DNA of 64,000 nucleotides from Candidatus Dormiibacterota bacterium. Lineage in GTDB: Bacteria; Chloroflexota; Dormibacteria; Aeolococcales; Aeolococcaceae. The position numbers were made by a program, and so were the translations under genes. How positions within the stretch are numbered: position 1 is the first letter of the stretch; the number at the start of each line of letters is the position of its first letter. Of this stretch, positions 9,535 to 20,888 are shown one piece after another. The notes beneath the pieces are model-generated. The model was not told the origin of the DNA. It did no database searches and saw only the letters and a program-made list of their open reading frames with translations. The stretch spans positions 99,527 through 163,526 of the forward strand of contig CAWBLV010000006.1 in assembly GCA_963789735.1 (NCBI GenBank). Reading direction: 5' to 3'.

Positions 9535-11884
9535 ACCTTGTCGGACGTGACCGGCATGTCGATGTTGGTGATGCCGAGATGCGACAGCGCGTCGATGACT
9601 GCATTGACGTACGCAGCCGGCGATCCCACCGTTGCCGATTCGCCGACGCCCTTTGCGCCGATCGGATGGTGGGGCGACGGCGTCACCGTCTCACCGAGCT
9701 CGAAGCGAGGCGTCTCCCACGCGGTCGGGATCAGGTAGTCCATGAAGTTCGATCCGATGCAGTTGCCGTCGTCATCGAACGTGATCAGCTCCATGAACGC
9801 GATGCCGAAACCCTCGGTGAGCCCACCGTGGATCTGGCCTTCGACGATCATTGGATTGATGCGTATCCCGCAGTCGTCAACGGCAACCATCCGGCGGACC
9901 TTCACCTGGCCGGTGCCCTTGTCAATGTCCACGACCACCAGGTACGTCCCGAACGGGAACGTCATGTTCGGCGGGTCGTAGTACGTGACACCTTCAAGAC
10001 CGGCTTCGATGCCGTCCGGGATGTTCGTGTACGCCGCAAAGGCGATGTCCTGGATGGTCTTGACGTTATCGGGCGAGCCCTTGACGTTGTACTTGCCGTG
10101 ATCGAACTCGATGTCGGCAACGTCTGCCTCGAAGAGATGCGCCGCGATGATCTTGCCCTTGTCGCGGAGCTTGCGCGCCACGACTGCAGTCGCCGCGCCG
10201 CCGACAGGCGTGGACCGCGACGCATACGTGCCGAGACCGAACGGCGTGTTGTCGGTGTCACCTTCGCGGACCTCGATGTCCGACGCGGGGATGCCGAGCT
10301 CTTCAGCGACGATCTGCGCGAATGTCGTCTCGTGTCCCTGGCCCTGTGACTTGACACCGAGCTTGAGGATCGCCTTGCCGGTCGGATGCACGCGCAACTC
10401 GGCCGAGTCGAACATGCGCAGCCCGGCGATGTCGTAGTCCTTGCCCTTGCCGGCACCGACAACTTCGGTGAAGCTGGCGACGCCGATACCCATCAGCTCG
10501 CCTCTGGCGCGCTTCTCGGCCTGCTCCTTGCGCAGCTCGTCGTAGCCGAGCATGTCGAGCGCGACCTTCATCGCCCGGGGATAGTCACCGCTGTCATATT
10601 CGAAGCCCGACGCGGACTGGTACGGGAACGCCTCCGGCGGGATGAAGTTGTTGAGACGCGTGGTCACAGGATCCTGACCGAGCTCGACCGCGATGTTCTC
10701 GACAAGGCGCTCGATCATGTACGACGCCTCGGTCACCCGGAACGAGCACCGATAGGCGACGCCGCCAGGCGCCTTGTTCGTGTACGCGCCGTCAGCGACG
10801 ATGTGCGCCGCCGGAATGTCATAGGAGCCGGTGACGATGTGGAACAGCCCGGCCTTGAATTTCGTCGGCTGCGCATCGGCGAAGAACGCGCCGTTGTCGC
10901 TGAGCAGATGCGCACGCAGCCCGATGAACTTCCCGTCCGCATCGATGGCCATCTCGCCATCCATGTAGTAGTCGCGGGCGAATCCCGTCGAGATGAGGTT
11001 CTCAGTCCGGTCCTCGATCCACTTCACCGGCCTGCCGATGAGCAGTGACGCCGCGGTGGCGACGACGTAGCCGGGGTAGATCGGCACCTTGTTGCCGAAA
11101 CCACCACCGAGGTCCGGCGAGACGATGCGGATCTTCTCCTCGGGCAGCCCCGCGACGATCGCGAAGAGCGTTCTGTGCGCGTGCGGCGCCTGGCTCGTCA
11201 TGTAGATGGTGGCGTTGCCGGTCACGGGGTCGAGATCGGCGACGCAGCCGCACGTCTCGAGTGGCGACGGATGGCAGCGCGGGTAGTACGTCGACAACTT
11301 CACGACCTTGGCAGCGCGTGCGAACGCGGCGTCGGTCGCGGCGGCGTCGCCGGCTTCCCAGTGGTAGATCTTGTTGTCGGTCTGGCCCTCTTTCTCGTCG
11401 CGAATCACGACGGCGCCGGGCTGCAGTGCCTGCTGCGGCGACGTGATCGCCTGCAACGGCTCGTAGTCGACACTGACCACGGCGGCGGCGTCTTCCGCGA
11501 TGTACTTCGTTTCCGCGATGACGCAGGCGACTTCCTGCCCCTGGAAACGGACCTTGTCGGTCGCCAGGACTGCCTGCGTGTCACCGGACAGCGTGGGCAT
11601 CCAGGCGAGCTTGTGCTGCGCGAGCAACTCACCGGTGACGACTGCGATCACCCCCGGAATAGCCATCGCCGCGCTGGTGTCGATGCCCTTGATGCGCGCA
11701 TGCGCATAGGGGCTGCGCACGACGACCATGTGGAGCATGCCCGGAAGCACGACGTCGTCGACGTAGTGCCCCTGACCGTGAACGAAGCGCGCGTCTTCCT
11801 TGCGGGCAAGCGAGACGCCAATGCCTCCCATCGCCTGACGCGCGGCCTCGGTGGCTGCGGCGGCTTCCGTTGTGTCGACTGCCA

Positions 11885-11888
<4 letters not shown>
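9498..11888 (-). CDS. coxL: Aerobic carbon monoxide dehydrogenase large subunit, form I
   Basis: 796 aa. The active-site loop GGVAYRCSFRVTE carries the form I signature AYxCSFR. It sits in the M-S-L gene order with overlapping stop/start codons. Confidence 0.95.
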
Positions 11889-12366
<478 letters not shown>

Positions 12367-12370
<4 letters not shown>

Positions 12371-13245
12371 GCGGTCGCTCCCTGCGCGCGATTGATCGCG
12401 GTGTGCAGGCCGCGTTGCACGAAGACCCGTGCAACATCGCGCTTGTACTCCGCACTCCCCCGGATGTCTGCTTTTGGTTCGGCCGCCTGGGCGGCAAGCC
12501 GCGACGCCTCGGCGATCACCTCGTCCGTCGGCTCCTTGCCGACCAGCGATGCCTCGGCGGCTGTCGCCTTGATGCTCTGCGCACCGACGGCGCAGAGACC
12601 GATTCCCGCGGTAGCAACGCGGCCGTCGCTGCCGAGCACGACATGGACGGCGGTCGCGACGCTGGCAAAGTCCCCGATCTTGCGCTCGAGCTTGAGGTAC
12701 GTCCCACCGGACCGTCCAGCGACGACGGGGATGCGAATCTCCGTCATGACCTCGTCCGAATGCAGTCCGGTGGTGAACGGGCCCTCGAAGAACCCCGCCG
12801 CCGGGAGGACGCGCTCGCCACCCGCCGACTTGACGACGAATTCCGCACCAACCGCGAGCATCACCGCGCCCCAGTCGCCGGCGGGATCCGCGTGGCAGAT
12901 CGAACCGCCAACGGTACCCATGTTGCGAATGAGTGGATCCGAGATCAGCGGCGCTGCATCGAGCAGCACATCAAGCGTGCCGCGCAACTCCGTTGCGCTC
13001 TCCACATCCCGATGTCTGGTCCTGGCGCCGATGCGCACATGCCCGTTTTCTCGGCCGATTCCCTCGAGGCCGTCTATTTTGCCGATATCAATGACAATGA
13101 CGGGGGACGCAAATCGTAGTTTCAGCAATGGAATCAGGCTCTGGCCCCCGGCGAGAACCTTGGCGTCGTCGCCGTGCTGGCGCAAGAGGCTGAGCACCTC
13201 GTCGAGCGCCCCCGGCGCGATGTAGTCGAACGCGGCAGGGAACAT
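12367..13245 (-). CDS. coxM: CO dehydrogenase medium subunit, FAD-binding
   Basis: MFPAAFDYIAPGALDEVLSLL...AKVLAGGQSLIPLLKLR. GGAGG lies 6-7 nt upstream of ATG 13245. The longer ORF extending to 13449 is rejected. Confidence 0.9.
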
Positions 13246-13437
13246 CCAAAACCTCCGGGATTTGAACCCAACTTCTCTCTGATGGCGTCCGACAACGGAC
13301 CTGTACAGAGTACGCCAGTACACGAGGCACCGAAAATACCTTTTTGATGTGTCGTGCGCGGATGAAATCCCCCTCTGGTAACCACGACTATGATGGTTGT
13401 CGGACTCCCGCCGAGGGTGGAGGATGAGGACTTGACG

Positions 13438-14670
13438 ATGTTGACGCATGCCGTTTCCAACGACCTCGAATCAGTCGCCACCGCGCAACAGCGGCTGCTC
13501 GAGAAGGTTGGCGTGCTCACGCCCGAGGTGGTGAGCCTCGATGCGGCACTCGGAAGAATCCTCGCCGAGACCGTCTCATCGCAATCGGATCTCCCGGGTT
13601 TCGACAACTCCGCCATGGACGGATATGCCGTCCGGGCAAGCGATATCGCCCGTGCGACAGCGAGTGAACCGGTGGCGCTTCCAGTCGTCGGCGAGTCGCG
13701 GGCGGGCGCACTTCCGGGAATGCATGCAGCTGGGACCGCCATGCGGATCATGACCGGCGCTCCCATGCCGGAGGGCGCGGACACCGTTGTGCGCCAGGAG
13801 GACACCCGTCGTGACGGTGCGACGGTGCTCATCGAGGTGGCCACCGCACTCGGGACGAGCGTGCGCCCGCGCGGCGCCGACATCCGTCGCGGCGACGACG
13901 TGATCCTCCCCGGGCAAGCGCTGACCAGCGTCGACGTCGGCGTCGCGGCAGCACTCGGATACGACCACCTGCTGGTCGGAGCCCGGCCGCGGGTGGCACT
14001 GCTCGCAACAGGCGACGAGCTCGTCCCGGCCGGCACCGCTCCGGGCCCGGCGCACCTCGTCGACTCCAACTCCCCGATGCTCACGGCAGCAGTCCGCGAG
14101 GCTGGAGGGATCCCGACTTTCCTCGGGATCGCGCGCGACTCGAAAGCCTCGCTCCGGGAGCTGCTCCAGGCTGCCTCGGCGTCGGACCTGGTGGTGAGCA
14201 GCGCCGGCGTGAGCGTGGGTGATCACGACTGGGTCCGCGAGGTGGTGGCCGAACTCGGGACGATCTCCACCTGGCGCGTGGCCATGCGACCCGGCAAGCC
14301 GGTGCTTATCGGACGGATCGGCAACGCGGTGTTCATCGGCCTGCCGGGCAACCCGGTGAGCAGTTCGGTGACATTCGAGCTCTTCGCGCGACCGGTGATC
14401 CGCCGGATGCAAGGCGCCCGGGAGCTCCAGCGGCGGCGCATCCGCGTGCGCCTCGGCGAGGCGATGTCCAAGCCTGCGGCCCTGGAGACGTATTCGCGCG
14501 CCGTTCTCCGCACCTCCAACGACGAGGAATTGGCAATCGCCCACAGTTCCGGCGATCAGGGCTCCTCGATGCTGCAATCGCTCACGCGAGCGGACTGCCT
14601 GGTTGTGTTGCCCGCCGGTGCGGAGGTCGTCGAAGCCGGCACCGTCGTCGAGGCGATTCCGCTGCGATGA
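13438..14670 (+). CDS. moeA: Molybdopterin molybdenumtransferase
   Basis: PGFDNSAMDGYAV, SAGVSVGDHDW and VAMRPGKPVLIG motifs are present. ATG 13438 is preceded by GGAGGATGAGGA. An alternative start lies at 13390. Confidence 0.85.
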   Translation: MLTHAVSNDLESVATAQQRLLEKVGVLTPEVVSLDAALGRILAETVSSQSDLPGFDNSAMDGYAVRASDIARATASEPVALPVVGESRAGALPGMHAAGTAMRIMTGAPMPEGADTVVRQEDTRRDGATVLIEVATALGTSVRPRGADIRRGDDVILPGQALTSVDVGVAAALGYDHLLVGARPRVALLATGDELVPAGTAPGPAHLVDSNSPMLTAAVREAGGIPTFLGIARDSKASLRELLQAASASDLVVSSAGVSVGDHDWVREVVAELGTISTWRVAMRPGKPVLIGRIGNAVFIGLPGNPVSSSVTFELFARPVIRRMQGARELQRRRIRVRLGEAMSKPAALETYSRAVLRTSNDEELAIAHSSGDQGSSMLQSLTRADCLVVLPAGAEVVEAGTVVEAIPLR

Positions 14671-15698
14671 CCACGGTTTCCGCGCTGCCGGCGCTCGCGA
14701 CCGGACCTGATCGGTTTGGACGCTCGCTTCGTGACGTGCGCATCTCCGTCACCGATCGCTGCAACTTCCGGTGCCCATACTGCATGCCGAAGGCGCGATT
14801 CGGCCCCGGCTACCGCTTCCTGCCCCGAGCCGAGGCGCTGGATGCCGGCGAGATCGTCCGCCTCGCAGGAGTCTTCGCATCGCTCGGCGTCACCAAGATT
14901 CGTCTCACCGGCGGAGAGCCGCTGCTCCGTCCGGACCTCGCGGAAATCGTTGCGGGGATTGCGCAGCTTGGCATTCCAGACATCGCGCTGACCACCAACG
15001 GTGCGCTCCTGCGGCGATGGGCCCTGCGCCTGCGCGACGCAGGTCTGCACCGCGTCACCGTGAGCCTCGACTCGCTCGATCCCGCGGTCTTTTCCTCGAT
15101 GAGCGATTCGAAGATCGAGGTGCACGAAGTCCTTGATGGAATCGCGGCCGCGCGCGAGGCGGGGCTCGAGCCCGTCAAGCTCAACTGCGTCGTACAACGC
15201 GGTGTCAACGAGGACGGACTGATCGACCTTGTCGACTTCGCTCGTCGCGAAGGCCTGAGTCTGCGCTGCATCGAGTACATGGACGTCGGCGAGACCAACG
15301 GGTGGCGCATGACCGACGTCGTGAGCGGCGAGGAGATTCTCGAACGCGTCCGTCTTGTGCATCCACTGCTCGATGAGACATCGGATCCGTCCGCCGTTGC
15401 GAAGACGTACCAGTTCGCGGACGGCAAAGGCGACATCGGTGTCATCACATCGGTGAGCCGGCCTTTCTGCGGCGACTGCACGCGCGCGCGCCTCGGCGTC
15501 GACGGCAAGCTGTACACGTGTCTGTTCGCGACATCAGGCATCGACCTTCGCGAGACGTTGCGCTCGGGTGCCGACGATGACGCGCTGCGACGGGTCATCG
15601 CCGACCGTTGGAAGCGCCGCGATGATCGCTACTCGGAGCTGCGCGGGCTCGGCATCGCCGAGGGCGAGCGGATCGAGATGTCCTACATCGGCGGCTGA
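14667..15698 (+). CDS. moaA: GTP 3',8-cyclase (radical SAM)
   Basis: CNFRCPYCMP radical-SAM cluster motif and a C-terminal CGDCTRARL second cluster. 343 aa, ATGA overlap with moeA. Confidence 0.95.
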   Translation: MTTVSALPALATGPDRFGRSLRDVRISVTDRCNFRCPYCMPKARFGPGYRFLPRAEALDAGEIVRLAGVFASLGVTKIRLTGGEPLLRPDLAEIVAGIAQLGIPDIALTTNGALLRRWALRLRDAGLHRVTVSLDSLDPAVFSSMSDSKIEVHEVLDGIAAAREAGLEPVKLNCVVQRGVNEDGLIDLVDFARREGLSLRCIEYMDVGETNGWRMTDVVSGEEILERVRLVHPLLDETSDPSAVAKTYQFADGKGDIGVITSVSRPFCGDCTRARLGVDGKLYTCLFATSGIDLRETLRSGADDDALRRVIADRWKRRDDRYSELRGLGIAEGERIEMSYIGG

Positions 15699-15699
15699 G

Positions 15700-16392
15700 T
15701 TGGACGACATCACCGTGCTCGTCTTCGGCCCGCTGCGTGAGCGTGTGGGCGCCGGCGAAGTGCACGTCGACGGCGCCACCGTGCAGGACGTATGGGACGA
15801 GCTGGTGCGGCGCCATCCCGCCGCCGCAGTCGATGCGGCATCAGTTCGCGCGGCGCGCAACCTCGGATACTGCACGTGGGAAACGGCCGTCGAGAGCGGC
15901 GACACGATCGCTTTCATTCCACCTGTGGCAGGTGGCAGCGACGACGCATCCCCGGTGCGTGTCTGGCTCACCGACGTGCCGATCGATATCGGTTCGGTCA
16001 TCGCGAGCGCGGGCACGTCACGTGACGGCGCCGTCGCGACGTTCATCGGCAGAGTTCGCGACCACAATGACGGGGTCGCAGTGCATCGGCTGGACTACGA
16101 GGCATATGCGGAGATGGCGGAGGCCGAGATGCGCAGGATTGGCGAGGAACTCTTCGCGCGCGGCGGCATCAGCACGATCACCATCGTGCACCGCACGGGG
16201 TCCTTGCTCATCGGCGACGCGAGTGTCGTCGTCGTGGTTGCGGCGCCACACCGCGACACCGCGTTTCCAGCCTGCCAGGAGGCGCTCGAATTGATCAAGA
16301 GCACCGTGCCTGTATGGAAACGCGAGCACACGGACAGCGGCGCGCACTGGGTTGACGCGCGACACGGTGTCGCAGAGGAGGCTGCCCATTGA
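15700..16392 (+). CDS. moaE: Fused molybdopterin synthase MoaD-MoaE
   Basis: The N-terminal about 80 aa is ubiquitin-like and ends IAFIPPVAGG (MoaD C-terminal GG). It runs straight into a MoaE-type domain (GAVATFIGRVRDHNDG...YEAYAEMAE...APHRDTAF...VPVWKRE). TTG start at 15700, 2 nt after the moaA stop; GTG 15715 is an alternative. Confidence 0.8.
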   Translation: MDDITVLVFGPLRERVGAGEVHVDGATVQDVWDELVRRHPAAAVDAASVRAARNLGYCTWETAVESGDTIAFIPPVAGGSDDASPVRVWLTDVPIDIGSVIASAGTSRDGAVATFIGRVRDHNDGVAVHRLDYEAYAEMAEAEMRRIGEELFARGGISTITIVHRTGSLLIGDASVVVVVAAPHRDTAFPACQEALELIKSTVPVWKREHTDSGAHWVDARHGVAEEAAH

Positions 16393-16883
16393 GCGAACGA
16401 CAACTCACGCACGTCGACGGAGCCGGCCGCGCCCACATGGTTGACATCAGCGAGAAGGCGGTGACCCGACGCACGGCGACTGCGCGGGGCCGGGTCAACT
16501 GCACAGCCGAGGCGGTGCAACTGATTGCGGGCGACGCGATCGCGAAAGGCAGTGTCCTCGACACGGCACGCCTCGCCGGGATCATGGGTGCGAAGCGCAC
16601 GTCAGACCTGATACCGCTGTGTCACCCCCTCCCGCTGCGCCACGTCGATGTGGACCTGACACTCAACTCGTCGGCCACACCCGGTGTCGTCATCGAGGCG
16701 ACCGCGCGCGTCGAGGGAGCCACGGGCGTGGAGATGGAGGCACTGACCGCCGTCGCCATCGCGGGACTCACGGTGATCGACATGATCAAAGCCATCGACC
16801 ACTGGGCATCGGTCACCGACGTGACGCTGGTGCACAAGGAGGGCGGCCGGAGCGGTTCGCTCGACCGCCCTCCTGCGCGTTAG
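16389..16883 (+). CDS. moaC: Cyclic pyranopterin monophosphate synthase
   Basis: LTHVDGAGRAHMVDISEKAVTRRTA...LIPLCHPL...TGVEMEALTAV. 164 aa, TTGA overlap with the moaD/E fusion. Confidence 0.95.
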   Translation: MSERQLTHVDGAGRAHMVDISEKAVTRRTATARGRVNCTAEAVQLIAGDAIAKGSVLDTARLAGIMGAKRTSDLIPLCHPLPLRHVDVDLTLNSSATPGVVIEATARVEGATGVEMEALTAVAIAGLTVIDMIKAIDHWASVTDVTLVHKEGGRSGSLDRPPAR

Positions 16884-16942
16884 TCCGTCGAACGGCCGGG
16901 GCTGACCATCTCAGCTCCTGCCGCTTGCGCCATGAATCCGCG

Positions 16943-17758
16943 TCAGGCGGCTGCCGTTGCCTTCTGCAAAGTCCGAGCAGTGAGCACCTGGGCGAGATGC
17001 CGCTTGTATTCGGCCGTGGCGCGCACATCGCCGGTCGGGTCGATGTCGGACCCACTCTGCGCCGCCGCATCGGCGGCCGACGCCCCGCTTGCCAGCGCCG
17101 CTTCCACCGCCGTACCTCGACGCGGCGTCCGCGCCAGGTTCACGTAACCGACCCGCCAGGACGAGCCCGTCTCCTGCACCGCGACACCGGCGATCGCCCA
17201 GTCGTAGAGCCGCCGCCGGAACTTTGTGTACGCGAACCGACCCGTCGAGATCGGGAAGCGCACCGCCGTCACCACCTCGTCGTGCTCGAGCGCCGTGGTC
17301 AAGATGTCGCGGTAGAAATCGCGCGCCTGATGGCGGCGCTTGTTGGTGACGATCTCTGCGTCGAGCATGAGCGCGAGCGCGTTGTAGTCGCCGGCCGCAT
17401 CCCCGTGAGCGATCACCCCTCCGATGGTCCCAAGGTTGCGGACCTGGTTGTCACCAACGTCGTTGGCCATCTCCACGAGGATCGGCAGGGTTTCGCGAAG
17501 CGTCGCGTTGCGCTGGATGTCGACGTGTCGCACCAGCGCCCCTACCTCCACAACGCCGTCGTCGCGGCGGACCTGCTTGAGCTCGCCAATACCCTGAATG
17601 TCGATGAGCGCCGTGGGCTGGCTGAGCCGGAGTCGCATCAGCGGAATGAGACTCTGCCCTCCGGCGATCACCTTGGAGTCGTCCCCGAACTTCGTCAACA
17701 GCGCCTGGGCTTCATCGACCGAGCCCGGACGGGCGTATTCGAATGCCGCGGTGATCAT
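16943..17758 (-). CDS. FAD-binding medium subunit of a form II-like CODH/xanthine dehydrogenase-family enzyme
   Basis: MITAAFEYARPGSVDEAQALL...KVIAGGQSLIPLMRLR. 271 aa, ATGA overlap with the large subunit. Gene order is S-L-M. Confidence 0.85.
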   Translation of the reverse strand: MITAAFEYARPGSVDEAQALLTKFGDDSKVIAGGQSLIPLMRLRLSQPTALIDIQGIGELKQVRRDDGVVEVGALVRHVDIQRNATLRETLPILVEMANDVGDNQVRNLGTIGGVIAHGDAAGDYNALALMLDAEIVTNKRRHQARDFYRDILTTALEHDEVVTAVRFPISTGRFAYTKFRRRLYDWAIAGVAVQETGSSWRVGYVNLARTPRRGTAVEAALASGASAADAAAQSGSDIDPTGDVRATAEYKRHLAQVLTARTLQKATAAA

Positions 17759-20095
17759 GCGCGTGCCTCCTGGATCATCGACCAGAGACGGTCCGGACGG
17801 GCCGGCATTTCGACGTGTTTGATGCCGAAGGGCGCAAGAGCGTCAGTGATCGCGTTGATCACGGCGATGCTCGACGCGATCGTCCCAGCCTCGCCGATAC
17901 CTTTTACTCCCAGCTCGTTCGTCGGGCTTGGTGTCACGGTCCGGTCGAGCTCGTAGTGCGGCATCTCGGCCATCGTCGGGATGAGGTAATCGAGCATCGT
18001 GCCGTTGAGCATCTGCCCGCTCTCGTCGTCGTACTGCACTTCCTCGAACAGCGCCTGTGAAATCCCTTGCGCGATCCCGCCGTGCAGCTGCCCGTCGACC
18101 ACCATCGGGTTGATCACGTTGCCGCAGTCGTCGACTGCGACGTATCGATCGATTGTCACGACACCGGTTTCGGGGTCGACCTCGACCGCACAGATATGAC
18201 AGCCGAACGGCCACACGAAGTTGGGCGGGTCGAAGTACGAGACCGCTTCGAGCCCCTGCTCCATACCCTCCGGCAGACCGGTACCGTACGAGGCAAATGC
18301 CAGCTCCGCCAAGGCTTTCGCCTCGCCCGGGTTGCCGCGGACGAAGTATCTCCCCTGATCGACCACGATGTCGTCTTCGGAGGCCTCGAAAGCGTGAGCG
18401 GCGAGCTTGCGCGCCTTCTCAACGACCTTGTGACACGAAGCCATGATCGCCATGCCGCCTACAGCGAGGCTGCGCGAGCCATACGTGCCATAGCCGAACG
18501 GGGTGTCGCCGGTGTCGCCATGGTGGATCTCCACCGAGTTGTACGGAACGCCGAGCGTATCGGCGACGATCTGCGCGAACGTCGTCTCGTGACTCTGGCC
18601 GTGAGAGTGCGTTCCCACCGAGACGGTCACCGATCCCGTCGGGTGGACGCGAACCATTGACGACTCGACGAGCGCGATGCCGGCGGCGGGTACGGTCGCG
18701 GCACTCGGGCCGAGTCCGCAAATCTCCACGTACGTGCTGAATCCGATGCCCGTGTAACGCCCTTGCGCGCGCAGCTCTTCCTGGCGTTTGCGCAGCGCCG
18801 GGTAATTGATGTTCGCCATGGCGCGATCCAGGGTCTTCGGATAGTCGCCTGAAGTCGTACACCAAGCCGAAATTGTTCGTGTGCGGGAAGGTCTTGACGA
18901 AGTTCTTGCGCCGGACCTCGGCAGGATCCATACCGATCTCACGCGCAACGAGGTCGACGACGCGCTCCACGAGGTGCGTGGCCTCAGGACGGCCGGCTCC
19001 GCGATATGGATCGGTCGACGTGCGGTTGGTGAATATGCCAACGCTCCGCGCGTTGATCGCCTTCCAGTCGTAGCACCCCCCGCCGAGCAGGCACGCCACC
19101 ACCTGGAAAGCGCTGAAGACTTCGTGGTACGCGCCAATGTCGAGCAGTTGGGTGAACTTCAGCCCGAGCAGGGTGCCGTCACGTTTGGCAGCGACCTCGA
19201 CGTCGAAGATCTGGCCACGGCCGTGTGTCGTCGCCAGCAGGCTCTCGGTGCGATCCTCGATCCACTTCACCGGTCGTTCGGTGATCTTCGATGCCGCTGT
19301 CGCCAGGTACTCCTCCAGGTACGGGCGGATCTTGGAACCGAAGCCGCCCCCAACGTCGTGGCTGATGACCCTGAACTGCGACTCGGGGACGCCGAGCGCC
19401 CCACCGACGAACAGCCGGACAAAGTGCGGCACTTGCGTCGACGTCCAGAGGGTGCATCTGTTGTCGTACGGGATGTAGTCGGCAACACAGCCGCGCGTTT
19501 CCATCGGCGTCGGGAAGAGGCGCTGCTGGCCGATTCGCTCCTTGAGGATGACCTCCGCTTCGGCGAAAGCTGCGTCAATGTCGCCGGCGGGGAAGCTGAC
19601 ATCCCAACCGATGTTGTCGGGACGGTCGCTCTTGACCAGAGGACTCCCTGGTGCCATCGCCTTCTCGAGGTCCATCACCGCGGGAAGCGGCTCATAGTCG
19701 ACAACCACAAGTTGCGCAGCGTCGTCGGCGAGGTATCGATCATCGGCGACGACCACGGCCACCGGCTCGCCCGCGTATGCGACTTCGTCGGCTGCGATCG
19801 CGAACTGGTCCGGCACCTGCTTCTTGTCGGCGACAAACGAGTTGGTGACTGGGAGTGGCGCGTGGATGACGGACTTGAAGTCCGCGGCGGTGAGCACCGC
19901 GACAACGCCCTTCGCCGCTTTCGCCGCGGAAGTGTCGATCGAGCGGATGCGAGCGTGCGCGTACGGGCTGCGCACGATCGACATATGCGCCATGTTCACG
20001 AGGTTCACGTCGTCGACGAAGTGGCCGTGGCCGGTGATGAGCTTGGGATCCTCGCGACGCTGGATGCGGGCGCCGATCATGGAGGTGACGGCCAT
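17755..20095 (-). pseudogene. Molybdopterin-binding large subunit, form II-like (CoxL-like), split by a 1-nt frameshift near 18852
   Basis: The N-terminal frame reads MAVTSMIGARIQRREDPKLITGHG...TDPYRGAGRPEATH...FGLVYD. The C-terminal frame reads SGDYPKTLDRAMANINYP...GAKG-type ending. The join reads GACTTCAGG where the intact paralog in this window has YDSGDY. Confidence 0.85.
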
Positions 20096-20097
20096 CG

Positions 20098-20616
20098 TCA
20101 GTCCTCCACCGGAGCCGCGGCACCGACCAGATCGGCGGTGTGGCCCGCCCCGCTCATTGCCGCTGAGGCGGACCGGACTGCCTTCCTGATGTTCTCGTAG
20201 CCGGTGCAACGACAGAGATTGCCCTCGAGGCCGCGTTCGATCTCGGCGTCTGTCGGCGACGGGTTCTCACTCAGGAGGTAGGCCGTGGCCATGATGAATC
20301 CCGGCGTGCAGAAACCACACTGGAGCCCATGCTCGTCCCAGAACGCCTGCTGGACTGGATGCAACGTTCCGTGTTCGGCGAGACCTTCGATCGTGGTGAC
20401 CTTGCGCCCGTTCGCCTGGACCGCGAAGACGCTGCACGATTTCACGGCCTCTCCGTCGATCAGAACCGTGCACGCCCCGCACTGACTGGTGTCGCAGGCG
20501 ATGTGCGTTCCGGTGAGTCCGGCGACTTCGCGCAGGTAATGCACGAGCAGAAGGCGCGGCTCAACCTCGTCCTCCCTTTGCCTTCCGTTAATGGTCAGCG
20601 CCACAGGCTGCGTCAT
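20098..20616 (-). CDS. [2Fe-2S] small subunit of the form II-like enzyme
   Basis: [11 protein letters not shown] and CGFCTPG...CRCTGY motifs are present. The start was taken at ATG 20616 ([11 protein letters not shown]), which has GGGAGGA 5 nt upstream. Confidence 0.9.
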   Translation of the reverse strand: MTQPVALTINGRQREDEVEPRLLLVHYLREVAGLTGTHIACDTSQCGACTVLIDGEAVKSCSVFAVQANGRKVTTIEGLAEHGTLHPVQQAFWDEHGLQCGFCTPGFIMATAYLLSENPSPTDAEIERGLEGNLCRCTGYENIRKAVRSASAAMSGAGHTADLVGAAAPVED

Positions 20617-20888
20617 AGAAATCCTCCCGGACGGCAAGACAAACGACGGCGGAGCCATGCTGGCATTCGATCAGGGGAAGGGTCAAGCGCATTTTGGAGA
20701 ACTTGGAATGGCGCAAATGCGGTCTCACTGAGACCGGCCGGCATCGCATCAACGATGTTCGCGCCCGAGAAAGCTCTCAGGTGCGGTCAATCGCCGTCCA
20801 CGAGTTGGTCGAACCTGAGATTTTCCCAAACGCTTTTTCACTGAAAGAATCGCGCGGCTGTGCGACGCGGGCGTCCGAAACGGGTCGC

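Noticed and set aside
13246-13437. Calling a Moco riboswitch in the coxM/moeA divergent region (a CCCTC...GAGGG pairing near the moeA RBS).
   Set aside because: Only a 5-6-bp pairing could be drawn, and I cannot reproduce the Rfam consensus from memory. It is listed only as something to run through cmsearch, not as a feature.
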